Both the position numbers and the translations under genes were made by a program. This document shows positions 52,601-63,216 of a stretch of 64,000 nucleotides of DNA, in pieces. The DNA comes from Eledone cirrhosa (Eukaryota): the NCBI GenBank assembly GCA_964016885.1, contig OZ024747.1, positions 18,972,001 to 19,036,000 on the forward strand, given 5' to 3'. The stretch's first letter is position 1, and each line of letters begins with the position of its first letter. The notes under the pieces were generated by a model. That model was not told the DNA's origin. It saw only the letters and a program-made list of their open reading frames with translations, and did no database searches.

Positions 52601-55600
52601 TCAATCTACTCACCATCGACTGCTACTCCCACTTTGACTAAGACTGACCATGTATCAATCTACTCACCATCGACTGCTACTCCCACTTTGACTTGGCCTA
52701 AGACTGACCATGTATCAATCTACTCACCATTGACTGCTACTCCCACTTTGACTTGGCCTAAGACTGACCATGTATCAATCTACTCACCATCGACTGCTAC
52801 TCCCACTTTGACTTGGCCTAAGACTGACCATGTATCAATCTACTCACCATCGACTGCTACTCCCACTTTGACTTGGCCTAAGACTGACCATGTATCAATC
52901 TACTCACCATCGACTGCTACTCCCACTTTGACTTGGCCTAAGACCGACCATGTATCAATCTACTCACCATCGACTGCTACTCCCACTTTGACTTGGCCTA
53001 AGACTGACCATGTATCAATCTACTCACCATCGACTGCTACTCCCACTTTGACTTGGCCTAAGACTGACCATGTATCAATCTACTCACCATCGACTGCTAC
53101 TCCCACTTTGACTAAGACTGACCATGTATCAATCTACTCACCATCGACTGCTACTCCCACTTTGACTAAGACTGACCATGTATCAATCTACTCACCATCG
53201 ACTGCTACTCCCACTTTGACTAAGACTGACCATGTATCAATCTACTCACCATCGACTGCTACTCCCACTTTGACTTGGCCTAAGACCGACCATGTATCAA
53301 TCTACTCACCATTGACTGCTACTCCTACTTTGACTAAGGCTGACCATGTATCAATCTACTCACCATCGACTGCTACTCCCACTTTGACTTGGCCTAAGAC
53401 TGACCATGTATCAATCTACTCACCATCGACTGTTACTCCCACTTTGACTAAGACTGACCATGTATCAATCTACTCACCATCGACTGCTACTCCCACTTTG
53501 ACTTGGCCTAAGACTGACCATGTATCAATCTACTCACCATCGACTGCTACTCCCACTTTGACTTGGCCTAAGACTGACCATGTATCAATCTACTCACCAT
53601 CGACTGCTACTCCCACTTTGACTAAGACTGACCATGTATCAATCTACTCACCATCGACTGCTACTCCCACTTTGACTTGGCCTAAGACTGACCATGTATC
53701 AATCTACTCACCATTGACTGCTACTCCCACTTTGACTTGGCCTAAGACTGACCATGTATCAATCTACTCACCATCGACTGCTACTCCCACTTTGACTTGG
53801 CCTAAGACTGACCATGTATCAATCTACTCACCATCGACTGCTACTCCCACTTTGACTTGGCCTAAGACTGACCATGTATCAATCTACTCACCATCGACTG
53901 CTACTCCCACTTTGACTTGGCCTAAACACTGACTCTTCCTCACTGCTTTCTTCTTCATTGGTAATATTTCCAGTTGAAGTAGTTGCAATGGGGAAGGTTC
54001 TTGAACTTGCACAGGCTTGATCTATAAATAGCAGACATTAAAACATCAGACTAACAAAAAACAATATAATATTAAAAAAAAAAAAAAACTTTTATTCCAT
54101 GAAAGCAAGTAATCCTCCTCATCCTCCAATATAGATGATGACTATTATTACTACTACAATGAGTTCCACTGAAAGGGATAATGTATGTATTGACCTATGA
54201 CTCCTGATGGAGTTGTAGGGGTGCAATCGTAACATACTTAAAAGTCTCTTGGGTACTTTAAATCTGACACAGCCAATCCCCTCTCCATGTCTGAATACAG
54301 CCAATTTCTTCCAGAGAAGAAGGGAGAGTGAAAGAGAAAGAGACAAAGTGAGAAAGAGATAGAGAAGAAGAATCAACCTCAGTACCAAACTGGTACTTTT
54401 TTTACCAAATTCAAAAAAATTAAAAGCAAAGTTGATCTGAGCTTTCCTGTTATTTTTATGCATAAAAATGATTGTATTACCTTTCTACTTTTTCTTGAAA
54501 ATAAGTCTACTGGAATGTATCCCTATTTAACATCAAAGTCAACGAAAAGATCTGTTTTATGTTACAGAATTTTGATGTCCAATGGCATTTTCAATGCTTC
54601 TTGATATTCAGAGATAACTTGTAGCTAGCTATATAACAACAACATCAGCAACAACCATAGGTTGGATCACTAGATTTATGGATAACAGCAAGTGATTCAA
54701 TTAACTACCTACTTTATGCAGCCAGAAATAACCATGGTCTCACATATCCAATATAACTCATGTATCCATGTAGCTAATAAGTGAAATGAATGCAACCCAA
54801 TGAAAAGGAATCAGCATAAGTTACAGTGATGTCATGACATAGAAAGAACATTTACTTTACCTGCATCGTTATTGCTGGTGGAAAGTCTCATGTGGTGGTC
54901 TTTAGAATCAGAGTCAATAGAGACAAGCATGCCTTCATGGTGATCTTTAGAATCAGAAGAGACAAGCATGCCTTCATTATTACAAACAGGGTTTTGAGAA
55001 GCCAGTAGGTCACTGGAGCTAACATCAGATTTCTCCAGCTGACCAAGTTCACTACAAGAGCTCTTGCTTTCGTTTACTTCTGTTTCACTTCTGTACAGCG
55101 AAGAACAGCAGCCCTCCTCACTTGCGAGAGGGACTTGTTCTGCTGTTTCCTTAATATCACAGTCATCAATGTCTTCAGTCTTTGCCTCACAACTGCTGGA
55201 TAAAGATGGTGCTGGAGGGTCACTGTCAGTAACAATTTGAGATTGGTTACAAAAATGCGATGAAAGACTTGCAGGATATTCTTGGTTCACTGAAGACACA
55301 GTGCTCGACTCTTTTGTACAACTAGGTTTTTCAATTTCCATTGAAGTGGAAGCTGAGTTTTCAGAGGTGGTCATACCTAGCTGGCCAGGCATGGTTGAAG
55401 TGTTCAGTTGGCTTAAAGATGCATTCTCAGCACTCCTTTCAAGAATGCCAGCTTCCAGGTTTTCAAAAGCAGCAAATCCAACGCGAATAGTGCTACTCGA
55501 AGTCCCTTCAGTCTCATAATGAAGGCTTATCACAGGTTCTATACGAACTGGTTGAAGATAGGATTGGAGTGGAGAAAGGGAGGTGCTAGATGATTCTATT

Positions 55601-58600
55601 GAAGAAACAGACATCTGTGCTGTTGTCGAATGAGTGGTGGTGGTGGCTGTGGTGGTAGGGGTAATGGTTTTAGAAGTGGTAGAGCTATTGGCAGGAGTGA
55701 TGATGGTGGTAGAAGTGGTAGTAGTTGAATTTGAGGTGGTAGCACTGGTTGTGGTGAAGGTGGAGTTTGTAGTCTGGGTGGAAGGGGAAGGCAAAGAAAC
55801 TGAAGAAGAAAAAAAGCTAGATAAATTAGATATAGATAAAGAAGAAATAGAAGGATGATCCTTACGGCCTGTGTGTGGCTGTTGTTTATCAGAAGATTTT
55901 AAAGAAGTTTGTAATGTGTTTGAAAGATCTAATAAATTTTCTTTCTGTTTATCAGTTTCAATAGTTACAGTATCATTAGTTAAAACATCATCTGATTTTA
56001 CAGCTTTTTCACTCTCTGATACTGATAGACTACTATCACTAGAATTCTGTAAATCTCTGAAATTATTTTCAGAAGCTACTTCTGGCTGGTTTTCTTTTTT
56101 CAACAAGCCCCACAGCCGATTCTTGGAATCCTTATTGCTGTCATTAGTGCTGATTAAAGACGGTTTGGAGGGTAATGTCGGGGCTGGAGGGCATACAGAA
56201 AACTGATCACTTGCTTTTGAGGTAGGTGGGTAACAACAGTCCTTAGAATTGTTAGCTTTCAGGCAGACAGAATCTTGCAAAGTGCTTTCATCCACTCCTG
56301 GAGGGTTTCTGGGTATTAAAGATGTCTCTTTAATATCAGAAGCATCAGATATGGCAGTAGTGGTACCAGAAACTGCCGAGGGACTCTCCGACTGGAAAGG
56401 CTTTATGTTATCCCTCAGTGCTTGCATCACTTCTGCTGGCACCTGGCTGAGATCACCTTCAACAAGAGAAGCCGCAGCAGGGGACCCCTCAGAAGTCATG
56501 CCTCTCTGACCTTCTGCAGGAGTGTCAGATGAAGTGGATACTGTTGATGCCGAAGCTGACGCAGATGATGTTGATGCTGCTGCTGTTGTTGCAGATGCTA
56601 CTGCTGCTGCTGCTGCTAACATTTCACCCCCAGATTCAGTAGGATTATTAGATGAATCCCCTTCAATCAAACCACTGGCAGGCTGATCATTTTCATTGTT
56701 GTTCCTGAGACTTCCATCCAACCATCTAGTTAACATATCTGACATTCTCTGCATTATGGTTGTACGAGGACTCTGTTGACCTAAAACAGAACATTATTTC
56801 AGTTTAATCAAACTTGATTTACAATATCATTATATAATCTTAGATTTTTAGACATTTAATAAATTGAAAATGTTAAATAACTTGTTTAGAAATTTGTACA
56901 TAAAGAGTTATTAATCCGTGCGTTATCATACATCTAATTAAATACACTTTCTGGGGGATTCACTAAAATTATGTCACTACACCATCAGGAGGTATGGGTC
57001 AATACATACAAAGTATTGAAATATTAAGTTGACCATGGCAAGCTTTGAACTCAGTACGGTGAAAAACTCAGATTCCAGTTCAAGGATATTGTAAAACATC
57101 TTTGATTGGAAGAAAGCAGATTGGAACTTGTACTGCACTGAGCTACAGCACCCAAACTGGCATGAGATGTATAACTCTGGAGATGTGAACACTATACTCC
57201 AGAGCATCCTGGACTCAATATAGATAGCGTGTGCAGCATCGGTGCCACGTAAGCAGAAAAAAAACCACCCCAAAAGTGCAATTTGGGAAACTTCGTGGTC
57301 CGACTTGCCAGGAAAGAATGTTGGAACGCTGAACGGGAATATAAACTGCATAAATCAGATGCCAACAGAAAAAAGCGGAATAAATCTTCTAACCATCTCA
57401 AGCAAGTGACAAAGAAGGCAGTGATTGAATTTGAACAGTGCATAGCAACCAATCCTGACAGTAAGGTGTTCTGGAAATATGTTCATTCAAAGTAGAGACC
57501 TCACTCTCCAGTTGGTCCTCTTCGCAATCCCCACACAAGCCAGATCACTGACAATCCCAAACAATGCGCAGAACTCATTGCTGAGTGCTATGCAAGTATT
57601 TTTACTGTTGAAAACCAGAATGTACCATCTCCACCATCTCTAATATCAAATTCATAACAACTATGGAATTTACACCTGCAATGTTGCGACGTCACCTTAA
57701 GAATAAGCGCAACTATGCCTCCCCTGGTCTTGATGGTGTTACATACCTGCTTCTCAAACGTGGCGGGTATTTCCTTTTGCGCCAGCTTTCTTTCTTCTTT
57801 CAATACTGTCTCAACAATGGTGCTACTCCGGAGCAGTGGAAAACTGCCAGTGTCATTCCCCTGTTCAAAAAGGGCAACCGCATGTCACCTGTCAACTATC
57901 GTCCAGTCAGTCTTACTAGCTGTATGGCCAAACTGATGGAATCCTGTGTCAGAGAAACACTTTGGAACTTCTGGAGCTCTCACAGCCTCATCCAGCCCTC
58001 ACAGTTTGGATTTATCCCTAACTCCAGCTGCTGTGATCAGCTTATCGAGTTCCTTGAAGACATCACCCGGATCACTGACAGCGGCTCATGGGTGGATGTT
58101 GTTTACCTTGACTTTGCTAAGGCTTTTAATTCTGTGCCACACAAAAGACTTATGGCAAAACTCTCTGCAATGGGTGTGAGGGATGATCTTTTCGACTGGT
58201 TGAAATCCTTCATTCTCAGCCGAAAAGAGGTAGTCACGGTTCTAGGACAGCATTCTTTACCATATGAGATGTCATCTGGTGTACCACAGGGATCTGTTCT
58301 TGGTCCCCTTTTGTTTGTGGCATATATTAATGACATAGATGCCAACTTACAGAATGCCACGGTACTGAAATATGCAGATGACATCAAGCTGTACCTTGAA
58401 ATCAAAAGGACTGATCCTGAAATCTACAACTCTTTCCTACAATCATACCTGGACACAATGCAGCAATGGATCACAGACTGGCAACTGAAGCTGGCTGTGG
58501 ACAAGTGTACCACCATGCATTTTGGGAGGAAAAATCCAGCGTCCACATACTCCCTCCACAACACTAATATCAAGAAGTCCTCTTGTGAACGTGACCTGGG

Positions 58601-61600
58601 TATTACTGTCAGCAGCGATTTGTGTTGGACAAAGCATGTCTCTAAGATTGTCAAGAAGGCCGAGGGTGTCTTGGCATCACTCAGCAAGACATTTGTTAGC
58701 CGCTCTCCAGCCATCTATTTAAAACTGTATACAGCTATGGTACGACCACACTTGGAATTCGCATCATCAGTCTGGAACCCCTATCTTGCTCAGAACATTG
58801 ACCTCCTGGAAACTGTTCAGAGACGTGCAACCAAGTGCATACCCTCCATCAGACACCTACCATACTCTGAACGCCTTGCTTCCCTGGGCATGAATTCATT
58901 GAAGCTCCGACGTCTGGCAATGGACTTGGTAAGTACCCACAAAGTTATTAACCATCTCGCCAATTGCAACCCTGAGCACCTTTTTGATCTCCATGTGTCT
59001 AACACACGTGGACATGCCTACAAAATCAGAAAACAGCACAGCTCCCATGACTTTCGTAAACATTTTTTCACGCTCAGAGTTGCTGAAGCATGGAACAAAC
59101 TGCCTGTGTCAGTTGTTAGCTGCCGAGACACTGCATCCTTTAAGACACTCATGCTTCCCGAAATACGCCAAAACTACACCTGATGTACCCCTTCCATACA
59201 CATGCACACGTGTGTATCATGACTCATGCACTGCTCATTTTCCTGATGTTTGTACATTACCCTATGTACTATACATACACTTTTTGATGAGTTGTAGTGC
59301 ACCTGAGCACTGTACACAATATTTCATTATTATTATTATATTATCTTGAACAAGAGTTGTCTCCGATGACTTCAATGTCTTTTAATGAAATTTAGTAGAC
59401 AGAAATTGTATTTTAGCCTACCAGAGAGATAGTTCTTGTTCTTGTGTGGTAAATGTAATTTGTTGCAAGCAACTGGACCGAGTCTTTAGTCTGATGATAA
59501 CATCTTTTCCTCCCAACTTAGAGGCTATGAAAATATTCCTGGAGTTTTATCCTAACCCACTACCCCTACTCCACCCTCCCACTTCCATCCACACCACCCT
59601 TTCTCTGCAAAGGTATCTTGGTACCACAAAACATCCAATCCACACTAACGACAAAAAACACCCAGTCCACGCTGTAAAGTGGTCGTGTAGGAGACACGGT
59701 AAAAAGGCTCCCAGTACACACTGTAAATATGGTTGGTGTTAGGAAGGACATCCAGCTGTAGAAAACCTGCCAGATACGAGCGAGACACGATCACCCGACC
59801 AATCTTGCCTCAAGTGGAACAATTCCCATCTAACCCATGCTAGCGTGGAAGATAGACGTATGATTATGATGATTTTCTGACTAACCCTTTAAACAAAATA
59901 TTAAATACTGTAATAGGCCGCAAGATATGTGAATGCCATAGAATGCCAGATATATGACTGCCATAACACCCCTGATCTGTGACTAACATAGGAATCCCAC
60001 ATTTGTGACATTTCAAACTAGATACTGCAATGTCATAAAAATTTCATAAATTTGGTAACAAAAGGGTTAAAAAAAAAGAAAAATTGATGTGGGGGGGAAA
60101 ATGTGATTGGTTGATTAGTTACCTTCTCCAGTTTGCCGTTCTCTCTCTGGCCTTGCATTTGGCCCAGTGTCTGACCAATCACCACGAAGACGTAACCTCT
60201 TAATGGGAGGCTGTCTGTTGCCACTGTCACAGGAAAGACCCTCAGACATCAAACAAGTACTTCTACCTTCCTCACCCTGCAAAAGAAGTGTTAAGAAATT
60301 AGTATTATTTTGTTGTTTTTCCTAATTGACATATATTTAGAAAGATTCTAATAGTCAATAATCCATTCATCAAGAAGACCTTTCCTTTCTTTCATTACAA
60401 ATCCTCCATTGTCAGGGCATTAAACTCTGTAGACTTTTTCAATTCCATTGAAAATCATGAAAATCAATAACTTCTAATATATATGAGAATTACAATCAAT
60501 TTTGATAGTGCAGCCTAATAATAATAATATTCTAAGTTCCTTGTTGAGATTTGGTGACAGTAGAAGATCCAGTAATTATCATGTTTATTGTGCAAGGCAT
60601 CAAATAATAACAAATTTCTTTATTAATCATAAGGGCTTGTATATAGAATACAGTAAACATCATAAACATGGGATTTACATACATGAGAGGCTGGACAGAA
60701 TTTCTCTCATGTGAAAAACTTACCCTAGTCTTGAATAAATAAATGTATTCGGAGGAATAACTAACTAACATCTCCTTGCCATCAGGACTGTAACAGAGAG
60801 ATGTGATGCGATAGTTTCGGTTTTTCAGTGTAGAAGCTGAGAATCTACAGGTTAACCCTGTGGTAAACTTGTTTGTGTAATTTCCTGAAAAAAGAAAAAA
60901 ATGGAAGAAGAGTTCAGCTGAGGAAGCTAAAGGTACGATGACAGGCAAAGAGTGAAATACTATCATATTTTGATTTTGTATTTGTTTTGCAAGGTTCTTA
61001 ATGTGAAATTGTGTGTTGAAACTGATAGTTATATCTTGATAGTCATTATGTCAATAAAAACACAATAAGAATTCAAAGTACTGTAGCCAAATTTGCACTT
61101 GGATCATTTGTTTATTATTGAGTGGCCATGTAGAGGATCACTTATTGACTTTTATGTATGTAATATATGCATATATATATATATATATATATAAGGGTTT
61201 TTGTTTTGTTTTTTGGATGGAGGGCTATTTAGCCCTAGGTCAGCTCTGACCTGATAGACTTATGATCAAAGATGTGACAGCTGTGAGCACCTCATCTTTT
61301 TATCAGTATATCAAGGACTACATTCAACAACTTACTTTTTTAAAAACAATAGGATGTGATTTGAGGAAGAGTTGGTTGCTATTTCTAGCAGGTTGAGTGA
61401 CAGTGTAACATATCTGATCTAGTAAACCTACCTAAGATATTCAATATTTGTTGGTGATTACAAATAGCCAATAGGTTACAAGACTGACATTTTAACCTTT
61501 TTGATACCATATTTCTAATGAAATACGCAATCTACGTTTTATAATTAATTTTGTAAATAATCAACAATTTGAAGGAATTTAGGGAAATAGGCTGGCATTT

Positions 61601-62479
61601 TGTACATAGCATTTAATACATAGCTTTACAAAAATATTCTTCCATAACATCATTTTTTAAATTCACAGAATTAGGGTGTTTTTGGACAGGAAGGCATCAA
61701 AAGGGATAAAGTAGTTTAACTCAAAAAGAAAATGTAGAGAAGGCAAATATTTACATACCAGTAGCTCTGGTTCCCAACATCCTGCGGTCAAACATCAGCA
61801 CTGTGCTATCAGACAAAGCTATACCCAGCTCATAGGGAACCATCGGATTGATGGCCATTGATGTTACAGCACGTTGGCAAAACAGCATAACATCCTGCAA
61901 ATAAATGAGGATTATTATCATCACCATTATTATCATCACCATCATTATCGTCGCATCACATAACATCTACTTTCCCTGCTAGAAGATGAAAATATTGACA
62001 TTTTTTTTCCCCCCATCATTTTTGTACTAAAATGAAGACAAGACTGCACAAAGGCACAAAGGCACTGCACAAAGCCAGTTCCACTCTCTTAACCAAGATG
62101 ATATTTACCAAAAAGAAGAACAAGTCAACATCATTGGATACCATCAGGGTTGCAGGTGTTATATCAGAGTTTTCCTTCTCCTAGAATTCTGCCTTGACAA
62201 ATATATATATATATTTATATATATATATATGTATAAATATAAATATATATATATATATATGTATAAATATAAATATATATATGTATATATGTATATATAT
62301 ATATATGTATAAATATAAATATATATATGTATATATGTATATATATATATATGTATAAATATAAATATATATATGTATATATGTATATATATATATATGT
62401 ATAAATATAAATATATATATGTATATATGTATATATATATATATATGTATAAATATAAATATATATATGTATATATGTA

Positions 62480-62517
<38 letters not shown>

Positions 62518-62583
62518 TGTATATATGTATATATATATATATGTATAAATATATATATGTATATATGTATATATATATATATG

Positions 62584-62617
<34 letters not shown>

Positions 62618-62645
62618 TAAATATATATATATATGTATATATGTA

Positions 62646-62724
<79 letters not shown>

Positions 62725-63132
62725 GTACATACGGTGGTCGAAATATACGGTAGGAAATCCAGAATGTAGATAAAGTTTCTGATTTACATCAAAATATAAA
62801 TAAATAACAAGGGAGATAACTGTCGAATGTTTTTTATTTTATTTTATTTGGTGATGGAGGTGATGATGGTGATAATTATGCATACACATGTACATAAACA
62901 TAATATTTAGCTTGCTGAAATATACAACGCCCCAACATTTTGAAGAAAGACAATTCCAAAAAAATATATTATTTCACAATTTAAAATGTACATAACAGTA
63001 AAAGTTCCTTTAACTTACATCTCGGCAATCATCTTTGTGACACTTATTCTTCATACGTAGATCAAACCATCGAACAGTGCAGTCTTCTCCACATGAGAGG
63101 AAGGTGGAAGCCTCATTAGGGACAACCACAAC
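39612..63132 (-). CDS. DCAF6: DCAF6/IQWD1-like WD40 CUL4-DDB1 substrate receptor, 3' part (11 coding exons, 3231 nt, ~1076 aa; 5' exons lie beyond the window end)
   Basis: Manually spliced exons 63132-63019, 61894-61759, 60884-60724, 60276-60123, 56780-54861, 54021-53892, 43934-43742, 42393-42237, 41254-41166, 40736-40631, 39682-39612. All introns are GT-AG, phases are compatible and there is no internal stop. Motifs recognised from DCAF6: FLSCGEDxTVRWFD, [38 protein letters not shown], [12 protein letters not shown], [57 protein letters not shown]. Confidence 0.93.
40631..40736 (-). CDS. DCAF6: DCAF6 penultimate exon ([35 protein letters not shown])
   Basis: tctcag|ATT...TCCG|gtaagt; 106 nt, phase 0-1. 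Confidence 0.93.
41166..41254 (-). CDS. DCAF6: DCAF6 internal exon ([29 protein letters not shown])
   Basis: cattag|TT...GAG|gtaaga; 89 nt, phase 1-0. Confidence 0.93.
41645..42195. repeat. purine-rich ~22-bp degenerate tandem repeat (gagaaagaaggatagagaggta), intronic
   Basis: Direct inspection. Confidence 0.85.
42237..42393 (-). CDS. DCAF6: DCAF6 internal exon ([26 protein letters not shown]...[12 protein letters not shown])
   Basis: ggtcag|ATC...CCAA|gtaagt; 157 nt, phase 0-1; WD40 with a WDR (DWD-box-like) motif. Confidence 0.94.
43172..43598 (-). mobile_element. RTE-clade LINE 3' fragment ending in (TA)n, in a DCAF6 intron
   Basis: ORF 43289..43591: [14 protein letters not shown]...YTRMLRMAL...RRLRLAGH...LLWEP...GRP, a typical RTE ORF C-terminus. 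Confidence 0.85.
43742..43934 (-). CDS. DCAF6: DCAF6 internal exon (DGGTRS8[21 protein letters not shown]...[11 protein letters not shown]), includes the IQ-like segment
   Basis: atttcag|TGAT...ATG|gtgagt; 193 nt, phase 2-0. Confidence 0.92.
44526..44778. mobile_element. piggyBac-type element, intronic
   Basis: ttaac... atttcattagaaatttggtaaagaaaagagttaa; internal similarity to 8890-9703. Confidence 0.55.
45136..53925. repeat. 8.8-kb tandem array, roughly 150-155 units of 54 or 60 bp, amplified from the DCAF6 exon/intron junction
   Basis: Unit gactgaccatgtatcaatctactcaccat(c/t)gactgctactcccactttgac(ttggcc)taa; near-identical copies; the last unit overlaps exon 53892-54021. Confidence 0.97.
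53892..54021 (-). CDS. DCAF6: DCAF6 internal exon ([10 protein letters not shown]...[21 protein letters not shown]) whose 3' end is the first unit of the tandem array
   Basis: tttatag|AT...CGATG|gtgagt; 130 nt, phase 1-2. It is required to bridge the phase-1 upstream exon and the phase-2 downstream exon. Confidence 0.85.
54861..56780 (-). CDS. DCAF6: DCAF6 large Ser/Thr-rich exon (1920 nt)
   Basis: ttttag|GTCAACAG...GATGCAG|gtaaag; phase 1-1; contains the [11 protein letters not shown] and [18 protein letters not shown] islands; corresponds to ORF 54832..56754. Confidence 0.9.
56975..59340 (+). mobile_element. 5'-truncated CR1-like non-LTR retrotransposon (linker + RT + 3' UTR + (ATT)n tail), intronic and antisense to DCAF6
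   Basis: ORF 57663-59183 has RT motifs [48 protein letters not shown] and the C-terminal RGHxYK...FFTLRV..WNKLP. The upstream linker ([15 protein letters not shown]) is broken by stops and frameshifts. The 5' boundary is approximate. Confidence 0.92.
57663..59183 (+). CDS. reverse transcriptase portion of LINE ORF2 (506 aa, uninterrupted)
   Basis: ORF track; YADD and flanking RT motifs; a fragment of a disrupted element, not a host gene. Confidence 0.85.
   Translation: MEFTPAMLRRHLKNKRNYASPGLDGVTYLLLKRGGYFLLRQLSFFFQYCLNNGATPEQWKTASVIPLFKKGNRMSPVNYRPVSLTSCMAKLMESCVRETLWNFWSSHSLIQPSQFGFIPNSSCCDQLIEFLEDITRITDSGSWVDVVYLDFAKAFNSVPHKRLMAKLSAMGVRDDLFDWLKSFILSRKEVVTVLGQHSLPYEMSSGVPQGSVLGPLLFVAYINDIDANLQNATVLKYADDIKLYLEIKRTDPEIYNSFLQSYLDTMQQWITDWQLKLAVDKCTTMHFGRKNPASTYSLHNTNIKKSSCERDLGITVSSDLCWTKHVSKIVKKAEGVLASLSKTFVSRSPAIYLKLYTAMVRPHLEFASSVWNPYLAQNIDLLETVQRRATKCIPSIRHLPYSERLASLGMNSLKLRRLAMDLVSTHKVINHLANCNPEHLFDLHVSNTRGHAYKIRKQHSSHDFRKHFFTLRVAEAWNKLPVSVVSCRDTASFKTLMLPEIRQNYT
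59620..59872 (+). mobile_element. fragment of a third SINE-like family (related pieces near 37570-37800, 40230-40530, 42760-42930)
   Basis: Shared motifs aaaaagcacccag, ggttggtgttaggaaggacatccagctgtagaaa, acccatgc..gcatggaaaa and (GAT)n tail. Confidence 0.55.
60123..60276 (-). CDS. DCAF6: DCAF6 internal exon (GEEGRST...[31 protein letters not shown])
   Basis: ttttgcag|GGT...GAAG|gtaact; 154 nt, phase 0-1; signature [13 protein letters not shown]. Confidence 0.92.
60724..60884 (-). CDS. DCAF6: DCAF6 internal exon (NYTNKF...[29 protein letters not shown])
   Basis: ttttcag|GA...AGG|gtaagt; 161 nt, phase 1-0. Confidence 0.92.
61492..61710. mobile_element. piggyBac-type element (opposite orientation), intronic
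   Basis: ttaacctttttgataccatatttctaatgaaatac is the reverse complement of the family's right end. Confidence 0.55.
61759..61894 (-). CDS. DCAF6: DCAF6 internal exon ([17 protein letters not shown]...[10 protein letters not shown])
   Basis: ttgcag|GAT...ACTG|gtatgt; 136 nt, phase 0-1. Confidence 0.92.
62200..62722. repeat. compound (TA)n microsatellite, intronic
   Basis: Direct inspection. Confidence 0.95.
63019..63132 (-). CDS. DCAF6: DCAF6 internal exon ([38 protein letters not shown])
   Basis: tttgtag|GTT...GAT|gtaagt; 114 nt, phase 0-0; WD40 SCGED-TVRWFD motif. Absent from the ORF track. Confidence 0.9.
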
Positions 63133-63134
63133 CT

Positions 63135-63184
<50 letters not shown>

Positions 63185-63216
63185 TACTTGATATGTAAAT
63201 ACAAACATATTGATAA

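Noticed and set aside
45136-53925. CRISPR-like array
   Set aside because: No unique spacers, eukaryotic intronic context, no cas genes.
45104-53932. 2942-aa mucin-like ORF ([18 protein letters not shown][WP])n on + strand
   Set aside because: It starts at TTG, has no in-frame ATG, signal peptide or unique domain, and is the antisense reading of a repeat that derives from the DCAF6 exon/intron junction. Openness follows from one stop-free unit of length 3n.
55301-56509. + strand ORFs overlapping the large DCAF6 exon
   Set aside because: Antisense shadows of Ser/Thr-rich coding sequence.
58103-59005. Minus-strand ORFs overlapping the RT
   Set aside because: Antisense shadows of the LINE ORF.
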